The notes beneath the pieces were generated by a model. It was not told the DNA's origin. It did not search any database and worked only from the letters and a program-made list of their open reading frames with translations. From Candidatus Altarchaeum sp. (GTDB lineage Archaea > Altiarchaeota > Altiarchaeia > Altiarchaeales > Altiarchaeaceae), in assembly GCA_018260615.1 (NCBI GenBank), contig JAGWDQ010000024.1, positions 1 through 12,653 of the forward strand: 12,653 bases of DNA, written 5' to 3'. Both the position numbers and the translations under genes were made by a program. Each line of letters begins with the position of its first letter. Positions within the stretch are counted from its first letter, which is position 1. Below are positions 6,976-12,653 of this stretch, piece after piece.

Positions 6976-7046
6976 TGCGCTCGCCGGGATTCGGACCCGA
7001 GTTTTCGGCTTGGGAAGCCGAAGTCCTACCACTAGACTACAAGCGC
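6976..7046 (-). tRNA. tRNA-Gly(CCC), CCA not encoded
   Basis: The reverse complement GCGCTTGTAGTCTAGTGGTAGGACTTCGGCTTCCCAAGCCGAAAACTCGGGTCCGAATCCCGGCGAGCGCA folds as a cloverleaf: acceptor GCGCTTG/CGAGCGC, anticodon stem TCGGC/GCCGA, anticodon CCC, discriminator A. Confidence 0.93.
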
Positions 7047-7066
7047 GTTTATCGGATTTATTAAAC

Positions 7067-7076
7067 ATTTATTAAA
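7067..7076 (-). promoter_or_regulatory. candidate TATA box for tRNA-Gly
   Basis: TTTAATAAAT on the minus strand, 21-30 nt upstream of the tRNA 5' end. A second identical 10-mer is at 7056-7065. Weak evidence in an AT-rich background. Confidence 0.3.
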
Positions 7077-7079
7077 GCG

Positions 7080-7880
7080 CTATAAAATTACAACATCATC
7101 TAAAAATTTATACTTATTTCTTATCTTTCTTACCTTTTCAATATTGAGCTCAAACTCAAAAATTTTTCCTTCCTTAAGACATTTTGTTTTTCCCTTAACT
7201 AAATTTCCCCACGGGTCGTAGCAGGCACTATTTCCAAATTTCCCGTCAATACAATTGTTGTGAATTTCATAAGCATTCACTCCTGCAACATAGCATAAAT
7301 TTTCTATTGCCCGTGCCTTCAAAAGTGTCTTCCAGTGTTCCTTTCTTTCATCCGGAAAATTTGAGGGAACAAAGATTATTTCTGCACCCTGCTTCATAAT
7401 TTCTCTTGCCATTTCAGGAAATCTCAAATCATAGCAAAGCATCACACCTATTTTGGTTTTAAATTTAGTCCTTTCAAATTTACAGGTAAAAATTTTGTCT
7501 CCTGCCGAATAGTAAAGGTGTTCATCGCCGTATTTGAACAGATGAATTTTTCTGTATTTTCCGGTTAATTTTCCGCTGTTGTAAACAACTGCCGTATTAA
7601 ACGGTTTATCCCCGCAGCCCTTATTTTCCTCTGTGAGCCCGCCGATGATTAAATTTTTTCTTTTCTTTGAAATTTCTTTAAGTGTCAGGAAACTTATTCC
7701 ACTATATTTATTTTCTGCAAAATATGAAGAATGTTTAGTAAATCCCGTTGTGAATAATTCCGGCAGGACGATAATATCACCTTCACATTTTTCAGTCAGT
7801 TCCACGGCATTTTCTAAATTTCCAGATACATTTTCATGGATATTCATCTGAATTGCCGAAATTTTTAAATTTTGCAGCAT
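7080..7880 (-). CDS. carbon-nitrogen hydrolase (nitrilase/omega-amidase family)
   Basis: Glu-Lys-Cys triad motifs IIVLPELFTTG, YRKIHLF and MLCYDLRFPE, plus LLKARAIENLCYV and GNSACYDPWG. Confidence 0.93.
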   Translation of the reverse strand: MLQNLKISAIQMNIHENVSGNLENAVELTEKCEGDIIVLPELFTTGFTKHSSYFAENKYSGISFLTLKEISKKRKNLIIGGLTEENKGCGDKPFNTAVVYNSGKLTGKYRKIHLFKYGDEHLYYSAGDKIFTCKFERTKFKTKIGVMLCYDLRFPEMAREIMKQGAEIIFVPSNFPDERKEHWKTLLKARAIENLCYVAGVNAYEIHNNCIDGKFGNSACYDPWGNLVKGKTKCLKEGKIFEFELNIEKVRKIRNKYKFLDDVVIL

Positions 7881-7956
7881 TTTTTTTAACTTAAAAGCAT
7901 TTTAATTTTAGCCAAAAGTAATTATTAAACATAATTATTAAATAAATAAATTTAAT

Positions 7957-8086
7957 GCCGAGGTAGCTCAGTTGGTTGGAGCGCCAGACTCATAAGTAAA
8001 TTAAAATTTTATAAAAATTAAATTTTAAAATTAACCAATGGCGCTGAGATATCTGGAGGTCGTGTGTTCAAGTCACGCCCTCGGCA
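7957..8086 (+). tRNA. tRNA-Met(CAT), elongator type, with canonical 37/38 intron
   Basis: Acceptor GCCGAGG/CCTCGGC+A, D arm GCTC/GAGC, anticodon stem CCAGA/TCTGG, CAT at 7991-7993, T loop TTCAAGT. It does not start with the A1 typical of the archaeal initiator. Confidence 0.92.
7995..8050 (+). other. 56-nt tRNA intron with bulge-helix-bulge splice motif
   Basis: The central 4-bp helix is CTCA (7989-7992) / TGAG (8045-8048). The 3-nt bulges are TA^A and AT^A. Removal restores the 7-nt anticodon loop CTCATAA. Confidence 0.9.
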
Positions 8087-8185
8087 AATTTTTCTAATTT
8101 TCTAAATTTTTATTTGTTATACTTTACAACTCCACAGAATGATCTTTTTTAAATTTTTGAAATTTTAATGACTTTTTTGAAATCG

Positions 8186-9118
8186 CTATGGTTGCTCGCT
8201 ATACTTTGAATTTTTCAAAAAGCTTTGAAAACCTCGTGCTATAAAAAACGCTGTTTTTACCGTTGTTGAATATATCTGGTTTGTCTGTTTTATGTTTATC
8301 TTCAAATCAACACAAACACGATTAATTCCCGGGCCGTAAGCACCGCAGGCGACGACATCTGAAATTTCCACATCATAACCACAATATTCACATCTGTTCT
8401 TAATTTCTTTCGCAAAAATTTCTTTATTATTCGAAAAGCCATAGTAATGAATAATTCCGCCTTCATTGAGCGCATTTAATGCCGTATCCAAAAAATTTCC
8501 CGCATCTTTTGGCAGAGGCATAATTATCCTGTCAAATTTCAGTCCGAGTTTTGGTGTTTCGGTTTTGACATCTCCCAATATACACTTTACATTTACTTTG
8601 TTGAGCCGCACATTCTCAACCATATATTTATAGCCAACAGGATTTAATTCAATCGCATAAATTTCAACATTTTTCTTTTCCGTTTTTTTCGTCCTCGCAA
8701 TTAAAATCGGATAAGGTCCGGCACCTGCAAACATAACTAAAATTTTTTCTCCTTCCTTTACCTGCTGTGCTATTCTTATCCGTTCGTTTCCGAGACGCTC
8801 AGAAAAATATACCTCTTCAACATTTAGCAAATATCTGCACCCGAATTCTATATGTATTGTCTCCTTTCTGTTCTCTCCTGCAATTATTTCAAGCTTTCTT
8901 GTCCTGTATTCACCTTCAAAAATGCCTGCTTTGGCGGCAACAACCTTGATGTGTTTAAAATTTAGCAATGCTTTTCCTATTTCTTTTTTCTTTGCTTCAA
9001 GTTCCGGAGGAATTTCAATTATGGCAATATCTCCGATGACATCAAAGGACCGGTTCATTAATTTAATTTCATCGTCGTTCAAAATTTCTCCCAAAAATAT
9101 TTTTAAGGACTGTTTCAT
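8186..9118 (-). CDS. trm5: tRNA (guanine-37 N1) methyltransferase Trm5 family (Trm5a/Taw22-like signature)
   Basis: FDVIGDIAII, VYFSERLGNER, SAM motif VMFAGAGPY, ELNPVGY, DRIIMPLPK, GGIIHYY, YGPG..RVCVD. Confidence 0.88.
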   Translation of the reverse strand: MKQSLKIFLGEILNDDEIKLMNRSFDVIGDIAIIEIPPELEAKKKEIGKALLNFKHIKVVAAKAGIFEGEYRTRKLEIIAGENRKETIHIEFGCRYLLNVEEVYFSERLGNERIRIAQQVKEGEKILVMFAGAGPYPILIARTKKTEKKNVEIYAIELNPVGYKYMVENVRLNKVNVKCILGDVKTETPKLGLKFDRIIMPLPKDAGNFLDTALNALNEGGIIHYYGFSNNKEIFAKEIKNRCEYCGYDVEISDVVACGAYGPGINRVCVDLKINIKQTNQIYSTTVKTAFFIARGFQSFLKNSKYSEQP

Positions 9119-9418
9119 TGTTGTTTGCAGATAGTAATAAAATTAGGTGTAAAACAAATAAAATTGCATACAGAGAATTTAAATTATTTATTATATAAGT
9201 TTAATTTATATTGCTGAATAAAAATAAAATGTTGGCAGAAGCATTATTGCAGAAGAGTTTGAAAAATTAAAATATGCCGTTTCAAGTAAGATGAAAGCAC
9301 ATGCTATCCAACTCTTATGGTAAGAGAAATGAGAACAAAGAATTACCCGATTTAAGATAAAAAATTTAAAAATAATTTAATTAAAACCAAAATTTAAAAA
9401 TTTAATTAAAAATTTAAA

Positions 9419-10081
9419 ATGGCAAAACAAGTCAGTCCGACACGGATGGAACTGCTTAGAATAAAGCAAAAAATAAAATTAGCACAAAAGGGACACAGTT
9501 TGCTTAAAAAGAAAAGAGATGCTTTAATGATGGAAATTTTTAAAATTGCAAAGAACATGGCAGATGTCAGGCCGCAAATTCATGAAAATATAAAAAGCGG
9601 GCAGCAGTCAATAATAACCGCACAGGCGATGGGAGGGCCCCTGGAGGTAAAAACAATCGGTGACTCTGCCGGCGAGATGCCGGAACTAAATATAAATTAT
9701 GAATCAGTCGGTGGCGTGAAACTTCCGAAGATAAATTTTGACAGGGAAAGTATGGGAAAAATTGAATATGGTATTGTAATGACCTCTTCATCAATAGATA
9801 ATTGTGTTGATAGATTTGAAAAGATAAAAGAAGATCTGTTATTACTTATTCAAACAGAAGAAACAATAAAACGACTGGCACAGGAGGTCATAAAAACAAA
9901 AAGAAGGGTAAATTCTCTTGAACACATATTGATCCCCCAGTTATTAAAAACACAAAAAGATATAAAAGCAAAACTTGAAGAGGCAGAGCGGGAAAATTTC
10001 TTTCGCCTGAAAATCGTTAAGAAAAAGTCCGAGAAAAAGCTGAAAGATGTAAGCCAAAAGAAAAATAAACCTAAAGAATAA
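9419..10081 (+). CDS. atpD: A/V-type ATP synthase subunit D
   Basis: SPTRMELLRIKQKIKLAQKGHSLLKKKRDAL and TKRRVNSLEHILIP...EEAERENFFRLK are conserved NtpD/AtpD helices. Length 220 aa. Confidence 0.95.
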   Translation: MAKQVSPTRMELLRIKQKIKLAQKGHSLLKKKRDALMMEIFKIAKNMADVRPQIHENIKSGQQSIITAQAMGGPLEVKTIGDSAGEMPELNINYESVGGVKLPKINFDRESMGKIEYGIVMTSSSIDNCVDRFEKIKEDLLLLIQTEETIKRLAQEVIKTKRRVNSLEHILIPQLLKTQKDIKAKLEEAERENFFRLKIVKKKSEKKLKDVSQKKNKPKE

Positions 10082-10129
10082 ACAAAAGAGTGGAGAAATA
10101 CAAAAGGATACGGAGTTTCTAATAAGGAA

Positions 10130-11860
10130 ATGGACTTGGCAGATGACGACAAATATAATGTGTATTTTGAGAAATTTTTGAGTGAAAATGAGAATACAAA
10201 AATAACAAAAGCAAGCATCAAAAACATTTTGCCGAAATTAAGGAAGTCCATAAATAATGAATTGCCGGATGAAGCATTGTTTAACAAAATATTACTGTTT
10301 CTTGAAAAAAAGATTGATGAAGAAGATTCACTTTCTATGGATAAAAAAGACACAAAATTAATCTCTCTAAAAATAAAAATTTATAAGAAAAATCCAAACA
10401 CGGAAAAATACAAACTTGTTTATGGTTATCTGACAACCATTGCTGCAGAGACACTAGGAAATTTTTCTGTCCGGTCAGATAAATCAGTTGACTATGCAGG
10501 TATTGAACTTGAAAAAGGAAATATAACTGTAAAGAACGGAGGAAATTTTGTCGGGATGAAAATGTCCGGCGGAAGCATACATATTCTCGGAAATGTGGGG
10601 ATGTTTGCAGGACAGAAAATGTCCGGCGGAAATATTAAAATTGATGGAATTGCAGGGATGTGTTTGGGAGACGGAATAAGGGGTGGAAAAATTGAGGCAA
10701 AAATAGCGGATAAAACAGCAAACAGGAGCGAAAATGTCAGCGTTGAAAAATATACTAAAAATAAACATACTGAAAGTTCTTCACGGGAGACCTCGCCAAT
10801 AAGTGACTATGATATTAAAAGATATGCGGAAGAAGCGGTTAAAAACATTAACGAATGGGAAGAAAGAAATGCGGCGCCCAAAAAAGAGAGTATCAGTATA
10901 GCAGACAATGTTGATGTCACTAAGGAAGTAAGCGAAGAAGTGATTAAAGAAATCACCTCACTTAAATTTGGAACTGCAAAGAAAGATGCATATAATCCGG
11001 AGAATAATAATGAAAAAAACGATGCTCAAAACAATAAAATTCCGTTGAGCAATATTATGCGGGAAATTTATGGTGAAGTAGATGTAAAGAAAATAGAAGG
11101 AATTGACTATGTAAATGAGAGTAAAAGAGCCGGAGAGCAGATTAAGGGCGATATTTATAAATTTTTTGTTACGGGACAGAAAGAAAAAGAAGAAGATAAA
11201 TACAGGGACGAAAATTTTGAACGTTTGAAATTACTTTTTGAGTATAAAGAGGCAGATAAAGATGAAATTTTAAAGGTAAATTTAGGTATTGATGACATTA
11301 AAAAAATTTTAAATAATGTAACTCCTTTAACCATTTTGGAGAAAACAATCGTAGGATATTTGACATCAGTTGCAGCGGAAAAACTTGCAATAAGAGGAGA
11401 AACATTGCTTATTGAAAAAAATTTTGACTATATCGGAATGGAAATGAAAAACGGAAAAATTTTAGTTAAAAATGCCGGAGAGTATCTCGGGAAAAATATC
11501 TATGACGGAGAGATAAAGGTTGAGGGAGATGCATTGGGAAATGTTGGCGAAGGTATGGTCGGAGGAAGGATTGAAATCAGGGGAAATGTCTATGGTGATT
11601 ATGTCGGATGGAGAATGGAAGGCGGAGAAATTTTAATTAACGGCTTATGCAGAAATTTTGTCGGACTGAGAATGCTCGACGGAAAAATCACAGTTGAAAA
11701 ATACGCAGGAAACAATATTGGCGAGAGAATGGAAGGCGGAGAAATTTTAATCAAAGGAAGATGCGGAGTTGTTGGAAAAGGAATGAAAAACGGAATCATA
11801 CGGATTAAGGAAGGGATAATAAGTCAGGAAAGAGAAGGCGGAGAAATTCAGACATTGTAA
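10130..11860 (+). CDS. GXGXG beta-helix (FwdC/GltB C-terminal-like) repeat protein with two duplicated modules; function unknown
   Basis: Two blocks of about 19-aa G-x-x-M-x-G-G-x-I-x-I-x-G repeats, each preceded by a GYLT(T/S)xAAE helix and a DY(A/I)G motif, separated by a charged linker. Confidence 0.8.
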   Translation: MDLADDDKYNVYFEKFLSENENTKITKASIKNILPKLRKSINNELPDEALFNKILLFLEKKIDEEDSLSMDKKDTKLISLKIKIYKKNPNTEKYKLVYGYLTTIAAETLGNFSVRSDKSVDYAGIELEKGNITVKNGGNFVGMKMSGGSIHILGNVGMFAGQKMSGGNIKIDGIAGMCLGDGIRGGKIEAKIADKTANRSENVSVEKYTKNKHTESSSRETSPISDYDIKRYAEEAVKNINEWEERNAAPKKESISIADNVDVTKEVSEEVIKEITSLKFGTAKKDAYNPENNNEKNDAQNNKIPLSNIMREIYGEVDVKKIEGIDYVNESKRAGEQIKGDIYKFFVTGQKEKEEDKYRDENFERLKLLFEYKEADKDEILKVNLGIDDIKKILNNVTPLTILEKTIVGYLTSVAAEKLAIRGETLLIEKNFDYIGMEMKNGKILVKNAGEYLGKNIYDGEIKVEGDALGNVGEGMVGGRIEIRGNVYGDYVGWRMEGGEILINGLCRNFVGLRMLDGKITVEKYAGNNIGERMEGGEILIKGRCGVVGKGMKNGIIRIKEGIISQEREGGEIQTL

Positions 11861-11963
11861 AATTTGGGAGTTATAAAATTTATTGTTTTAATTGTTTTTG
11901 ATATTGATTGTAAATTTAATATTATAATTCTAATTTATTCGGTTAATAAATTTAAAATTTAAA

Positions 11964-12185
11964 ATGATTAAGAGCAGAAAGGTAAGAAGCAGATTTTTGT
12001 ATGTGCAATGTAATCACTGCGACAACAAACAGGTGGTCTTCGGATGTGCAAAAACAAAGGTGAATTGTTTAGCGTGTAATACACCATTATTAGTTCCGAC
12101 GGGAGGAAAAGCATTGCTTGCAAAAAATCCTGTTACAAAACTACCAAATGCACATATTTTAGAGATACCTGACAGAAATTTGTAA
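11964..12185 (+). CDS. rps27e: 30S ribosomal protein S27e
   Basis: RSRFLYVQCNHC-x15-CLAC zinc ribbon and PTGGKA motif. Confidence 0.93.
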   Translation: MIKSRKVRSRFLYVQCNHCDNKQVVFGCAKTKVNCLACNTPLLVPTGGKALLAKNPVTKLPNAHILEIPDRNL

Positions 12186-12215
12186 ATTTTGAATTAAATT
12201 TCCGATTATTTTTTT

Positions 12216-12271
12216 GGGGCCGTATGGTAGTTTGGTTATAACTTCAGCCCTTTTAAGAAAAGCGCTGGCGG
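12216..12271 (+). other. tRNA-Pro-like 5' fragment (pseudo-tRNA or possible split-tRNA half)
   Basis: 22/24 identity to the 5' end of tRNA-Pro at 12309. It retains a TCAGC/GCTGG stem but has no T arm or 3' acceptor strand. Confidence 0.6.
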
Positions 12272-12308
12272 AAAAAATTTAAAATTCACAAAATTAATCA
12301 AAAAAAAT

Positions 12309-12382
12309 GGGGTCGTAGGGTAGTTTGGTTATCCTTTTAGCTTTGGGAGCTAGAGACCTGAGTTCAAATCTCGGCGACCCCA
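12309..12382 (+). tRNA. tRNA-Pro(TGG), CCA not encoded
   Basis: Acceptor GGGGTCG/CGACCCC+A, anticodon stem TTAGC/GCTAG, TGG at 12344-12346 followed by G37, T arm CTGAG-TTCAAAT-CTCGG. Confidence 0.95.
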
Positions 12383-12386
12383 TTAA

Positions 12387-12536
12387 AATTTTTTATCGTA
12401 CAGGAAAGTTCGTTTTATTGTTCTCTAACACCAAGACACGGAAACACAAAGGGCAATGTTGCTCTGTGACTTTGTGGCTTTTTAAAAAACTTGTAGTTTT
12501 TTAAAGATTGAAACCGAAGGTTTCAGTATGTGTGAG
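12387..12536 (+). repeat. dispersed fold-back repeat, copy 3, with ~48-bp palindromic insert
   Basis: 33 bp identical to 1617-1649. Also ACACCAAGACAC as in copy 2, ACACAAAGG, GTGACTTTGTGGCTTT and terminal GTGTGAG (12530-12536). The insert has two hairpins. Confidence 0.8.
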
Positions 12537-12632
12537 TATTATTCTGATTTTTTTAAATTCTTATTTTGATAGAAATTTATAATTTTATGTGTTCTAATTT
12601 TATACCTTAATTTTATCTGCTTGTGTTTTATC

Positions 12633-12653
12633 GGGGTCGTAGGGTAGTTTGGT
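12633..12653 (+). tRNA. 5' start of another tRNA-Pro-like gene, truncated by window end
   Basis: GGGGTCGTAGGGTAGTTTGGT is identical to 12309-12329. The anticodon is not visible. Confidence 0.65.

Noticed and set aside
6850-7068. 72-aa minus-strand ORF
   Set aside because: It runs through tRNA-Gly and the repeat element, so it is a spurious translation of structured RNA or repeat DNA.
3849-8949. Plus-strand ORFs 3849-4100, 5713-5907, 6532-6735, 7633-7851 and 8767-8949 (also 8922-9134)
   Set aside because: Antisense shadows of well-supported minus-strand genes (tnpB, ccdA fusion, nitrilase, trm5).
9124-9134. 10/11 match between the predicted TnpB guide seed (CTATCTGGAAA) and the trm5 leader (CTATCTGCAAA, minus strand)
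   Set aside because: It is short, has a seed mismatch, the adjacent sequence (TTATTA) is not the predicted TAM, and such a match is expected by chance.
9228-9323. NVGRSIIAEEF... / MLAEALLQK peptides resembling an ArsC/LMW-phosphatase fragment in the trm5-atpD intergenic region
   Set aside because: No catalytic Cys motif, stops flank both frames, and the similarity is too short to distinguish from chance.
9361-9418. AAATTTAA-like tandem motifs upstream of atpD
   Set aside because: Low-complexity A/T sequence without a regular period. Only the ATG-proximal instance is retained as a finding.
9567-11799. Minus-strand ORFs 9567-9794, 9850-10353, 10484-10768 and 11599-11799
   Set aside because: Antisense shadows of atpD and the GXGXG gene. 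The repeats in 11599-11799 mirror the sense-strand repeats.
11611-11848. Exact intragenic repeats as a diversity-generating retroelement TR/VR pair
   Set aside because: Spacing follows the 57-bp beta-helix period, there is no adenine-specific mismatch pattern, and no reverse transcriptase is in the window.

Overview
AT-rich archaeal chromosomal window. The archaeal assignment rests on an RFC large subunit, the archaeal phosphopantothenate synthetase, Trm5, ribosomal protein S27e and a bulge-helix-bulge (BHB) tRNA intron. A DPANN/Altiarchaeota-like host is plausible but only inferred. Housekeeping genes are rfcL, pps, a nitrilase-family hydrolase, trm5, a stand-alone A/V-ATPase subunit D and rps27e. 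There are three complete tRNAs (Gly-CCC, intron-containing Met-CAT, Pro-TGG), a further tRNA-Pro start cut by the window end, and a tRNA-Pro-like 5' fragment. An accessory patch at about 2.5-4.9 kb holds a KilA-N gene, an antitoxin-like remnant and a solo tnpB. The tnpB is bounded by a perfect 16-bp inverted repeat (3586-3601 / 4892-4907) and carries omegaRNA-like hairpins at its 3' end; this is the most unusual feature. A dispersed fold-back repeat family occurs three times, two copies carrying inserted palindromic cassettes. Two proteins have unusual architectures: a thioredoxin-CcdA-CxxCxxC/CC membrane fusion and a protein with duplicated GXGXG beta-helix modules. All calls are by eye from motifs; no database searches were run.
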